DNA of 64,000 nucleotides. Origin: Alphaproteobacteria bacterium. GTDB taxonomy: Bacteria; Pseudomonadota; Alphaproteobacteria; Paracaedibacterales; VGCI01. Position 1 is the first letter of the stretch. Each line of letters begins with the position of its first letter. A model generated the notes under the pieces. That model had not been told where the DNA came from, ran no database searches, and saw only the letters and a program-made list of their open reading frames with translations. Below, in pieces: positions 1-9,263 of the stretch. The DNA lies in the NCBI GenBank assembly GCA_016869075.1, contig VGEY01000003.1, positions 4,657 through 68,656 on the forward strand. The letters are read 5' to 3'. The translations under genes and the position numbers were made by a program.

Positions 1-814
1 TGATAAAAGCCTGTCCAATGTTTAAGTATGAGAGGGAAAGCCTACTCTTAAGAGCGGCTGTTTCGTACCGTTTTAAAGCTGAGTCAAAGCGTGTCGCCTC
101 GTGGTTTTCATTATTAAAATATTTAACTGTTTCAAAGTTAAGCAAACTATCAATGGCTTTCGTGTGGGCCTCTGTGTCTGTCGAATTCATGGTTCTTACA
201 AACCCAATGCGCCATTCAGTGATATAGAGGGTGAAGGCTGTATATGCGATCATTGTGCAGAGTGTAATGAGAGAGAAGCGATAATCATACAGAAACCATA
301 ATACGACGCCTACCAACAAAATTTCGACAAAGGTGGGGACAATGTTGAAGGTTAAAAACTGGAGAAGAGATTCAATACCCTTCGTTCCTCGTTCAATGGT
401 GCGGCTTAAGCCACCCGTCTGCCTTTCTAAATGGTAGCGTAAACCAAGGTTGTGCAAGTGATGAAAAACATTTAAAGCAATTTGACGAAGGGCTCGTTGC
501 GTCACTGTTGCAAAAATTCCATCTCGTGCTTCAGAAAAGAGGGCTGAAACAAGGCGCGCAATTCCATAGGACAAAATAAGAACTACGGGAATCGTTAAGG
601 GAGTTTGCTCAGGAGAAAGAGCATTAATGGCATCTTTAAATAGCAGCGGCACCCATAATGTAGCGCCCTTTGCAATGACAAGAGAGATACAGGCTAAAAT
701 AATCCGTGCACGAATTTGTGGCAGGGATTTGGGCCAAATATACGGAAGGAGTTTTCCGATCGTTCGAATTCCCGGCTTTAGGGCAGAATCTTGTGGGACA
801 GGTGTAATAATCAT
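1..814 (-). CDS. ABCB-family ABC exporter, ATM1/HMT1-like (5' part; runs off window edge)
   Basis: Not in the ORF track. Manual minus-strand translation from ATG at 814 gives MIITPVPQDSALKPGIRTIGKLLPYIWP... and later ...KAIDSLLNFETVKYFNNE...LSLSYLNIGQAFI, the ATM1-family transmembrane-domain signature. Confidence 0.9.
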   Translation of the reverse strand, partial: MIITPVPQDSALKPGIRTIGKLLPYIWPKSLPQIRARIILACISLVIAKGATLWVPLLFKDAINALSPEQTPLTIPVVLILSYGIARLVSALFSEARDGIFATVTQRALRQIALNVFHHLHNLGLRYHLERQTGGLSRTIERGTKGIESLLQFLTFNIVPTFVEILLVGVVLWFLYDYRFSLITLCTMIAYTAFTLYITEWRIGFVRTMNSTDTEAHTKAIDSLLNFETVKYFNNENHEATRFDSALKRYETAALKSRLSLSYLNIGQAFI

Positions 815-1133
815 AAACACTCTCTATGTTTTTTTGCTTTTTTGCACTATATCATTTTTTTGAGGAAGAGAGCATATTTAAATCCCATTCCAAAATCAAT
901 ACCCTTTCCTTAAAATAATAAAATCATAGTTTTTTCAAATAGTTTTGAGTGATTTAAGTAAAAAAAATACATCAAGACAATATTTTTTCTTTTTTTTGGA
1001 GTTGTGTTAGGCTAGGGTGTGGAATTGTTGTCAATTAAGATTGGGTAAGATTGTTATAGCCTATGAATATAAATTCGGTCTGTTTCAACACTTCAATCTA
1101 TATTTCATTATCTCATTTTAGTAGGATGAAAGC

Positions 1134-2498
1134 ATGAAACAATTGCAGAATGTAACTTTGTCTTCATATGCCGAGTCAGCGGCAACACTCCCACCACAAG
1201 TTGAATTAGTGAAATCTGTTGAAGAGCGGTATGCCTATTGGCGTTTGCGGATACTCTATAGCATGATCTTTGGGTATGCTGCTTTCTATCTTGTCCGCCA
1301 AAATCAATTCTCTCTTGCAATCCCAAGCTTAAGTGCCGAATTTGGGTATACCAAGACACAATTGGGTGCCATCATAACCATTTGGTCGATTGTGTATGGT
1401 GTTGGAAAGTTCGTTAACGGTTATTTTAGTGATCGGTCCAATGCACGTTATTTCATGACCATTGGGTTGCTGGGTTCTGCTCTCACATGTTGTATTTTGG
1501 GCTTCGGGACAAGTCTGTATTTTTTTGGATTTTTCTTTGCAATCAATGCATGGTTTCAGTCCATGGGCTGGCCTCCGGTTGCCCGTCTTTTGGCGCATTG
1601 GTTTAGTCCCGCAGAATTAGGAACAAAATGGGGTTTTACCATTATTTCCCATCAATTGGGAGGTGCTGTTATTACCTTTATCGCCAGCTGGCTTATTTTG
1701 AATTATGGGTGGCAATCATCTTTTATTGTTCCCTCTATGATTGTGGTTGGCATTGCTCTTTTCCTCTTTAATCGCTTGCGGGATACTCCAGAATCCATTG
1801 GCTTACCTTCTATTGAGCAACATCATGGTTTAACTGATGCAGCTGAAGAAGGTGAAGACGAACATCTGACCCCTAAAGCGCTCATTTTGCGCGTTATGAA
1901 TAATAGGCTTTTATGGTATGTGTGTCTTGCCAACATGTTCTTCTATGTTGTTCGTCTCGGCATTGTTAACTGGGCCCCCACATTCTTGCGAGAATTAAAA
2001 GGAGCCTCCCTCATGTCTTCAGGGTGGCAGGTGATTGGGTATGACATTGCAGGAATGTTTGGAGGCATTGCAGCTGGGTGGATATCAGATTATTTTTTCA
2101 AAGGTCGCCGCGGTCCTGTGAGCGTTCTATATATGACACTTTTAATTGTGTGTTTATGCTGCTTATGGTTGGTTCCGGCAGGAAACGATCTTATGAGTGC
2201 CTTTACAATGATGGTACTTGGATTTTTAGTTTATGGCCCGCAAGTGCTTGCAGGAGTTGCTTCAGCGGATATTGCTTCTAAAAAAGCAGTTGGTATGGCG
2301 AATGGATTAACGGGAACTTTTGCTTATCTCGGCAGTGCTCTAAGCGGTATTTGTGTGGGTTGGATCGCAGATCACTATGGTTGGAATGGTGGCTTTATGT
2401 TCTTTGTGATATCTGCCCTTCTTTCCACATTTTTCTTTTCTCTTACTTGGGGATATAGATCTAAAGTCTTAGAAGAATTGCACGAAGACCTCATTTAA
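1134..2498 (+). CDS. MFS organophosphate:Pi antiporter (UhpC/GlpT family; hexose-6-phosphate or glycerol-3-phosphate uptake)
   Basis: YWRLRILYSMIFGYAAFYLVR, WFQSMGWPP, RDTPESIGLP, GFLVYGPQ motifs; about 12 hydrophobic segments. Confidence 0.9.
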   Translation: MKQLQNVTLSSYAESAATLPPQVELVKSVEERYAYWRLRILYSMIFGYAAFYLVRQNQFSLAIPSLSAEFGYTKTQLGAIITIWSIVYGVGKFVNGYFSDRSNARYFMTIGLLGSALTCCILGFGTSLYFFGFFFAINAWFQSMGWPPVARLLAHWFSPAELGTKWGFTIISHQLGGAVITFIASWLILNYGWQSSFIVPSMIVVGIALFLFNRLRDTPESIGLPSIEQHHGLTDAAEEGEDEHLTPKALILRVMNNRLLWYVCLANMFFYVVRLGIVNWAPTFLRELKGASLMSSGWQVIGYDIAGMFGGIAAGWISDYFFKGRRGPVSVLYMTLLIVCLCCLWLVPAGNDLMSAFTMMVLGFLVYGPQVLAGVASADIASKKAVGMANGLTGTFAYLGSALSGICVGWIADHYGWNGGFMFFVISALLSTFFFSLTWGYRSKVLEELHEDLI

Positions 2499-2557
2499 CA
2501 AAAATTGAGAACCTTTTTTCTTGAGTTAAACGTATATCTACGATATATTTTTTTATC

Positions 2558-3163
2558 ATGAAAGAAGATTCAAATCATAGGTCCTCGAATGCGTCACTCA
2601 GCTTTCGTCCTCCAAAGACAATTGTTCTGGTTGGCCTTATGGGAGCAGGTAAGACGAGTATTGGTCGGCGCCTTGCAAAGCGCCTAGAGGTACCTTTTTT
2701 TGATTCTGATATGGAAGTTGAGTCTGCAGCAGGGTGTCATATCAAGGAAATTTTGGACCTCTTTGGGGAAAATGCTTTTCTCAATGGTGAATATCGCGTC
2801 ATAAATCGTCTACTCGAGCAAGAACCTCACGTTTTAGCAACAGGAGGCGGTTCATTCATGAACCCGGATACGCGGGAGCAAATTAAGAACAAAGCCATTT
2901 CAGTGTGGTTAAAGGCAGATTTAGACACTCTTGTTGCGCGTGTGTCTCGGCGCACTGATCGGCCATTGTTAGAAGATGCAACGCGTCATCGAACAACTTT
3001 AGAAGAACTTATCACCCAACGATATCCCATTTATGGAGAGGCAAATGTTATTGTTCAAACATTTGATGAGCCAACAAACACAACTGTGGATCGCGTGATT
3101 GCAGCATTAGCTGAATATATTCGTGACCATTATCCCGCACAATACGTATTAAAAGCCTTTTAG
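2558..3163 (+). CDS. aroK: Shikimate kinase
   Basis: IVLVGLMGAGKTSIGRRLA P-loop, FFDSD, VLATGGG, RPLL, R-x-PIY. Confidence 0.93.
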   Translation: MKEDSNHRSSNASLSFRPPKTIVLVGLMGAGKTSIGRRLAKRLEVPFFDSDMEVESAAGCHIKEILDLFGENAFLNGEYRVINRLLEQEPHVLATGGGSFMNPDTREQIKNKAISVWLKADLDTLVARVSRRTDRPLLEDATRHRTTLEELITQRYPIYGEANVIVQTFDEPTNTTVDRVIAALAEYIRDHYPAQYVLKAF

Positions 3164-3267
3164 AATAATGATGGTTGGTCATAACTTGTGTTTACGAGAA
3201 CATGAAAAATCCTTATAATCAAAATTGCAGGAAATGTTTGAGTTGATATGGTTAAGTTAAGGATTGT

Positions 3268-3861
3268 GTGTTGAAGAAAATGTATTATGTCATACGAAGT
3301 TTTTTGGGACTTTTGTTGGCTTTGAACTTCATGAGTAATTCAAAAGCTGCCATAAGAGGGCAACGTTACTCTCTCACTAAGGAAATAATTAACTGTCAAT
3401 CAAGTTTGAAGACCTCATCGAAACATTTGCAACACTATACTAAAGATCGCCCAACACAAATTTATTATGAAAATCTTGATCGCCAGATCCAGGACTATTT
3501 AAAGTCTTTAGAAAACGTAGCTTACAATCCTGTTCATTTAAATCAGTGTCAAAATTTTCTCACAGCAATACACAGCATTGTTGGTAAACACGTTGCTGAT
3601 GTACCTGAGATGCCACGTTATATGGCGATTCGAAGCGACAAAGGATTGTCAAAACCTATTTTAGAGCTGAGTAAACGAAAAGAATTGCGTCGCATCCATT
3701 ATGTGTATGAATCTCCCAAACCAAAAAAGGCAAAAACTGAACAAGGTGGTGCAGAAGAAGATGAAGAGACCCTAGAAGCTGTCCCCTTTTCAAGCCACCG
3801 TGCAGCTAAGACCGGGGGAGTTTTAGCTTCAGCCGCTAAAGAACGTAAAGAACTTGAATGA
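3268..3861 (+). CDS. Hypothetical exported protein with charged C-terminal tail
   Basis: 197-aa ORF, co-oriented with neighbours; signal-peptide-like N-terminus (FLGLLLALNFMSNSKA|AI); start may be ATG 3280. Confidence 0.7.
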   Translation: MLKKMYYVIRSFLGLLLALNFMSNSKAAIRGQRYSLTKEIINCQSSLKTSSKHLQHYTKDRPTQIYYENLDRQIQDYLKSLENVAYNPVHLNQCQNFLTAIHSIVGKHVADVPEMPRYMAIRSDKGLSKPILELSKRKELRRIHYVYESPKPKKAKTEQGGAEEDEETLEAVPFSSHRAAKTGGVLASAAKERKELE

Positions 3862-3924
3862 GTAGATCTATATTAAAAAGTGATATATGGACATAAACCT
3901 TAACCATAATCGTGCAGGTATGGC

Positions 3925-5202
3925 ATGATTTTATTACTTGCACTTATTATTTTGTTGCTCCTTGTTGGAGCGGCTTTTCTATCTGCATCTGAGACTGCTA
4001 TCACTGCTGCTTCAAAATCTAAATTGCATCAGATGGCGAAACATGGCGATAAGAAAGCTGTGCTCATACGCTACCTCCAACAAACACCTGGGCTAACATT
4101 AAGTGCACTTCTTTTGTGTGCAACAATATTTATGACCTTCGCTACTTCGATCATGACGGAATTACTTGACCGTATCTTTGAAGATGGAAGCGGTGTTATT
4201 TATGCGCCAATCATTGTAAGTTGTTTGATCACCATTTATGCAGAAACAATGCCGAAAATTATTTCAGTAAACCAGCCAGAGCGCGTTGCACTTTTTCTGG
4301 CAAGGCCTATGGCTCTCATTTGTAAAGTTTTTCGCCCATTGACAGTTGCTATCAATTTTATTGCACGCATAACATTAAGACTTTTTCGATTTCATGTTCG
4401 CGTAACTTCAACATCCCATGCAACTTTAGATGAATTGCGAGGGGTCATTGATCTCCATCATGGACCGGGCCATGATGTACCACATGAGCGTGCTATGCTG
4501 AAAAGCATATTAGATTTAGGGTCAGTACAGGTGGGTGAGATTATGGTTCATCGCAAAAATGTTACAATGGTAGATGCCGATGACCCGCCCGAGGTTATTG
4601 TTGATCAGGTTTTGGCGAGTCCTTTTACGCGAATTCCTTTATTTAAGGAAGACCAAGATAATGTAATAGGTGTTATTAATGCTAAGGCTCTCTTGCGTGC
4701 TGTTCGGGCGCAGGATGGTCAAGTCAATAATCTTGATATCACCACTGTTGCAAGTTCCCCATGGTTTATACCCGAAAGTACTGACCTTCTTGAGCAACTT
4801 CAGGCATTTCGTCATCGGCGGGAACATTTTTCACTCGTGGTAGACGAATATGGCTCTATTATGGGAATTGTAACTCTGGAAGATATTTTGGAAGAAATTG
4901 TGGGTGAAATCTCTGATGAACACGATGTAACTGTCAAAGGGGTACGGGCACAAGAAGATGGGTCGTATATCGTTGATGGAAATGTAACCATTCGAGATCT
5001 AAACCGACAATTCGAATGGGATTTGCCAGACGAAGAAGCTGCAACAATCGCAGGCTTAATTTTATACGAAGTTCGTCTTATTCCTGAAGTTGGTCAAAGC
5101 TTTATGCTGGCAGGATTTCGTTTTGAGGTTTTAAGACGACATCGGAACCAAATCACTCTTTTGCGAATTACACCTCCTTTACGTGCTTCTTCTGAGACTT
5201 AA
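3925..5202 (+). CDS. HlyC/CorC family (CNNM/DUF21 + CBS pair + CorC_HlyC) Mg/Co transport protein
   Basis: FLSASETA, EIMVHR, FTRIP, VVDEYG, GIVTLEDILEEIVGEISDEHD, ATIAG. Confidence 0.93.
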   Translation: MILLLALIILLLLVGAAFLSASETAITAASKSKLHQMAKHGDKKAVLIRYLQQTPGLTLSALLLCATIFMTFATSIMTELLDRIFEDGSGVIYAPIIVSCLITIYAETMPKIISVNQPERVALFLARPMALICKVFRPLTVAINFIARITLRLFRFHVRVTSTSHATLDELRGVIDLHHGPGHDVPHERAMLKSILDLGSVQVGEIMVHRKNVTMVDADDPPEVIVDQVLASPFTRIPLFKEDQDNVIGVINAKALLRAVRAQDGQVNNLDITTVASSPWFIPESTDLLEQLQAFRHRREHFSLVVDEYGSIMGIVTLEDILEEIVGEISDEHDVTVKGVRAQEDGSYIVDGNVTIRDLNRQFEWDLPDEEAATIAGLILYEVRLIPEVGQSFMLAGFRFEVLRRHRNQITLLRITPPLRASSET

Positions 5203-5458
5203 TATCGTATTATTAATACATTCATTTACAATTCATTGGAGCTTATAGTTGCTCCCTGCGTCATTTCGAGCTTGGTAATGAAAATTATACGTAACATTAT
5301 GAATGTGTTTATAAAACCATTTCTTTAAATATGTACGTAGGTAGTACTTACGCATATTTTCCGGATAAGACAAAAAAAATTTTTTTTATAAACGCTGAAT
5401 TGCAGCCGCCAGTATGAGGTGAAAATAACAACTTTTGCAAATACAAGGGATAAAACAC

Positions 5459-5542
5459 ATGAAAGCACAAAACAGTATATTTTTCTTTGCCACGATTATT
5501 TTATATTTTACATGCTTGCTTTCAGCTTTATCCAGCTTTTAA
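5459..5542 (+). CDS. Candidate 27-aa hydrophobic small protein (MKAQNSIFFFATIILYFTCLLSALSSF)
   Basis: Manual translation; AAGGGA upstream of the ATG; single hydrophobic stretch. Could be chance in AT-rich DNA. Confidence 0.25.
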   Translation: MKAQNSIFFFATIILYFTCLLSALSSF

Positions 5543-5634
5543 TCAAAAGCGCAAAATTATAGAAAGACTATTTTATTTGTGCCAAAAAAATATATTTCTT
5601 TTACCATTCACACACAAGTAAAAATCGGCTGTTG

Positions 5635-5656
5635 TATCTCTCCTTTGGGAGAGATA
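5635..5656. terminator. Stem-loop just downstream of ruvX
   Basis: tatctctcc-tttg-ggagagata, perfect 9-bp inverted repeat 11 bp past the ruvX stop; no clear U-tract. Confidence 0.5.
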
Positions 5657-5667
5657 TGGGGCTCTCT

Positions 5668-6162
5668 TCAAAAGTTGCGGTAATTGAAACTTGATGGTTC
5701 AATGTTCTTTAATCTGTCTAAAGCGCCTTGAAGAATATATGTTGCTGCAAGTTTATCTACCACTTCATTGCGTCTCTTGCGGGACATATCTGCGTCCATA
5801 AGGGTTCGGGTAACAGCAACGGTTGATAATCTTTCGTCCCAAAGAGCAACTAAGATTTGGGAGAGCTCTGAAAGTGAGCGCGCAAACTCACGCATTTTTT
5901 CGGCTTGAGGGCCCATAGAACCATTCATATTGACAGGTAAGCCGATAACTATTCCAACAACATGATATTGGTTGGCGAGACTTAATACAGAGGCTATATC
6001 TGAATTCTTGTTGGTTCTACGAATGACTGACACGGGTGAGGCAACTCTCCAAGTTGAGTCTGAAATTGCGACACCAATGGTTTTTTCACCTAGGTCAATT
6101 CCTAGGAGACGTCTTCCTCGTTCACGGTAAGTTGCTAAATCATTTATATCATATACTGGCAT
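5668..6162 (-). CDS. ruvX: Holliday junction resolvase-like / pre-16S rRNA nuclease YqgF
   Basis: LLGIDLGEKTIGVAISD, IVIGLPVNMNGS, WDERLST, VDKLAATYILQ. Confidence 0.95.
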   Translation of the reverse strand: MPVYDINDLATYRERGRRLLGIDLGEKTIGVAISDSTWRVASPVSVIRRTNKNSDIASVLSLANQYHVVGIVIGLPVNMNGSMGPQAEKMREFARSLSELSQILVALWDERLSTVAVTRTLMDADMSRKRRNEVVDKLAATYILQGALDRLKNIEPSSFNYRNF

Positions 6163-6172
6163 TGTTCTCTCC

Positions 6173-7468
6173 TTATGATTTCATGGTACCTTGGGTTCGA
6201 AGTTTATTCCAATATTCTAAACGCTTTTGAACTTCACGCTCAAAACCTCTTTCAACAGGGTGATAAAAAACTTGGCGCCCCATTTTTTCGGGAAAATAGT
6301 TCTGTCCTGAAAATCCCTGTGTAGTATCGTGGTCATATTCATATCCTTGCCCATATCCTTGCTGCTTCATGAGGCTGGTTGGAGCATTCAAAATGATTTT
6401 AGGTGGGACTAAGGAGCCAGACATTTCTGCAGCCTTTTCTGCTTTATTCCATGCTATATATGCAGCATTAGATTTTGGAGCTGTAGCAAGGTAGATGGCA
6501 GCATTGGCCAGAGAAAGTTCTCCTTCTGGGGAGCCGAGACGCTCATAACTTTGCTGAGCAGCCGTGGCATGAATAAGAGCTTGTGGATCCGCAAGGCCAA
6601 CATCTTCTGCAGCAAAACGGATCATACGTCGTGCGATGAAAAGTGGATCTTCTCCACCTTTAATCATCCGCGCCATCCAATATAGAGCTGCGTCGGGATC
6701 TGATCCACGCATTGATTTAATAAAAGCACTGATTAAGTTGTAATGAAACTCTTGAGAACGATCGTAGAGGGCAGCACGCTTTTGAAGAATTTTAGCCAGA
6801 TCTTCTGGTTTTAAAGGTTCGCTTTCTGCTTGCTCAAAGATTGTTTCAATTAAATTCAAGAGCATCCGACCATCCCCATCAGCTAGATGGAGTAAACTGG
6901 TTCGGGCTTCTGGCGTGAGTGGCAAGGGTTTTCCTATTTTATCTTCTGCCCTTAATGTTATGGATTCAAGAGCCTCAATAGTTAGGGAATGAACAACGAG
7001 TACGCGAGCACGGGATAATAATGCAGAATTGAGAGCAAAGGAAGGGTTTTCAGTTGTTGCGCCTAAAAGAGTGATTAAGCCACTTTCCATAGGACCTAAT
7101 AGAGCATCCTGTTGAGATTTATTGAAACGATGAATTTCATCAACAAAAAGAATTGTGTTTGGTTTTTTTGTGGCTTCGTCAAACACGCGGCGCAAATCTG
7201 CTACGCCTGCAAATACTGCCGATAACTGAACAAATGGTTGGGAACGTTCATGGGCAATAAGGCGTGCAAGCGTTGTTTTTCCTGATCCTGGAGGGCCCCA
7301 TAAAATAAGGGAAGGTAAACGAGTTGATTTAAGCAAATGTGAAAGAGGGCCGTTGGGTCCTATAAGGTGATCTTGCCCTACCACTTCACTCAATGTTGTT
7401 GGGCGTAATGCATCTGCAAGGGGAGTGGAAGAGGGAGAAGTTTGTGATGTGAATAAATCTTTTTTCAT
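6173..7468 (-). CDS. rarA: Replication-associated recombination protein A (AAA+ ATPase)
   Basis: PLADALRP, WGPPGSGKTT, FVDEIHRFNKSQQD, GATTENPSF, KSMRGSDPDAA. Confidence 0.96.
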   Translation of the reverse strand: MKKDLFTSQTSPSSTPLADALRPTTLSEVVGQDHLIGPNGPLSHLLKSTRLPSLILWGPPGSGKTTLARLIAHERSQPFVQLSAVFAGVADLRRVFDEATKKPNTILFVDEIHRFNKSQQDALLGPMESGLITLLGATTENPSFALNSALLSRARVLVVHSLTIEALESITLRAEDKIGKPLPLTPEARTSLLHLADGDGRMLLNLIETIFEQAESEPLKPEDLAKILQKRAALYDRSQEFHYNLISAFIKSMRGSDPDAALYWMARMIKGGEDPLFIARRMIRFAAEDVGLADPQALIHATAAQQSYERLGSPEGELSLANAAIYLATAPKSNAAYIAWNKAEKAAEMSGSLVPPKIILNAPTSLMKQQGYGQGYEYDHDTTQGFSGQNYFPEKMGRQVFYHPVERGFEREVQKRLEYWNKLRTQGTMKS

Positions 7469-8856
7469 TGGTGTTTTACCTCTATACGACGATCGCCTTG
7501 TCGAATTTTAATGGAATTTATTCTTCCATGCAAAAGAGATAAAACATTTATGAGCTCATCAACTGAACGAAGAGCTTGGCCATTCACTTCTTCAATTATG
7601 TCTCCTTTACTTAAATTAAGACGGGCTGCGAGCTGATTTTTACCTGTGTCAGTAATGATAACTCCCTGTTCGGGTGTACCAAAGGGGAGTTGATATTGCA
7701 CAATGAGAGCGGGAGATAGATTGGCAACTTCAATATCATTTAAGAGAGTTGCACCTTCTGTGAGGCGCTGTTTTTGAGGAGCAGGAAAGGCAGGCGGATC
7801 AATAGGATAAAATTGTATATTCACTTTCTGTTGACCACGCAGAATATCAAAACTTATTTGCTGACCTAAAGGGATAGATTGAATGCGATAAATGAATTCT
7901 TCAGGGTTAACAATCTGCTGATTGTTGATATGTGTGATGACATCTCCTTGTGCAAGACCAGCGGCTCGTGCAGGGCTGGAAGGGTGGAGACCCACAACTA
8001 AAACTCCTAGGGGCAGTTGCAATCCAAGAGAGGAGGCAAGATCATTCGTCAGACGTTGAACTTCTATTCCTGCCCAGGGACGAATAATTTTACCACCGGC
8101 ATTAATACTGTTTAAAAGATTCCGAATCATGACACTTGGAATAGCAAATCCAATTCCATGATTGACCCCAGTTTTTGATAAGATGGCATTCGGGATTCCG
8201 ATTAAATTACCATTCATGCTAATCAGGGCTCCGCCAGAATTCCCTGGATTAATTGGCGCATCTGTTTGAATGAGCATTCGTCCACGGACATTTCGTGCGA
8301 TAGCTGAGATAATTCCATTGGTTACGGTTTGCCCGACACCAAAGGGATTACCAATAACAAGGATGAGATCTCCGACTTCAATATCACTTTCTTCAAGATA
8401 AACAGAGGGCAGGGGGGTTTCCATACGCACCCTTTTCAAACCGATAGCGGCTAAATCATTTTGCATATCTTTGAGAATAACTTCTCCTTCAAACTCTCTA
8501 TTATCGCTTAAATGCACAACAATTTTTTGAGCATTTTTGATGACATGGGCACACGTGACGACAATGCCACTTGGATCAACTATGACGCCAGACCCTAGGG
8601 AATTAACCAAACCTTGGCGATGCGGATCGCCGGTTAGATTGTCTCCAAAGAAAAAATTAAAAAATGGATCGTTGCCAAATAACGATCCTGCATTATGTAC
8701 CCGTTGCTGTGTTGAAATACTCACAACCGCTGGGGCGACTTTTTTAACAATGGGAGCATAACTTACTTTTGAGAAAGTTAGGGGTTGTTGTAGAGCCATC
8801 AATGGCTGTACTGAATACAAAAGCCCAATCAAAAGCAAAAAACGCAACAAATACAT
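7465..8856 (-). CDS. degQ: HtrA/DegQ family serine protease with two PDZ domains
   Basis: Signal peptide; SLGSGVIV, TCAHV, DLA, IQTDAPINPGNSGG; position upstream of rarA. Confidence 0.9.
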   Translation of the reverse strand: MYLLRFLLLIGLLYSVQPLMALQQPLTFSKVSYAPIVKKVAPAVVSISTQQRVHNAGSLFGNDPFFNFFFGDNLTGDPHRQGLVNSLGSGVIVDPSGIVVTCAHVIKNAQKIVVHLSDNREFEGEVILKDMQNDLAAIGLKRVRMETPLPSVYLEESDIEVGDLILVIGNPFGVGQTVTNGIISAIARNVRGRMLIQTDAPINPGNSGGALISMNGNLIGIPNAILSKTGVNHGIGFAIPSVMIRNLLNSINAGGKIIRPWAGIEVQRLTNDLASSLGLQLPLGVLVVGLHPSSPARAAGLAQGDVITHINNQQIVNPEEFIYRIQSIPLGQQISFDILRGQQKVNIQFYPIDPPAFPAPQKQRLTEGATLLNDIEVANLSPALIVQYQLPFGTPEQGVIITDTGKNQLAARLNLSKGDIIEEVNGQALRSVDELINVLSLLHGRINSIKIRQGDRRIEVKHQ

Positions 8857-9263
8857 TACTCCTCCCTTATAACTTTCTAGCTTATCATAAAATACTTAAA
8901 AAGAGGTTACATATTTTACTTGAAGTTAATAGTTTATAAAAGAAATTTTATAATTTTTATATAAACTATACAATTTTACACATAACAAAACAATGAAATT
9001 GAAAATGTTTATTTAGCAATAAACATAAAGGATATTTTTTAAAAGAAGAAATATGTTAAAAATAAAAATTTTAACAATAGGGACTTGATTCCTTCCCTAA
9101 TAAATGATTTTATATTTACACGAATGAAATTTATCTTAAATATGAGATAATTTTTAAATTCTACGTTCAAAAAATATTTTTGCAGCACAGCTGCAGGAGT
9201 AAAAAAAATCTCAAAAGCGAAATCTTGTTTTAATAATCTTAAAAAATTTGATTGGAGAAAAAT

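Noticed and set aside
18-863. Three short + strand ORFs in the track
   Set aside because: Antisense shadows of the ATM1-like gene on the minus strand.
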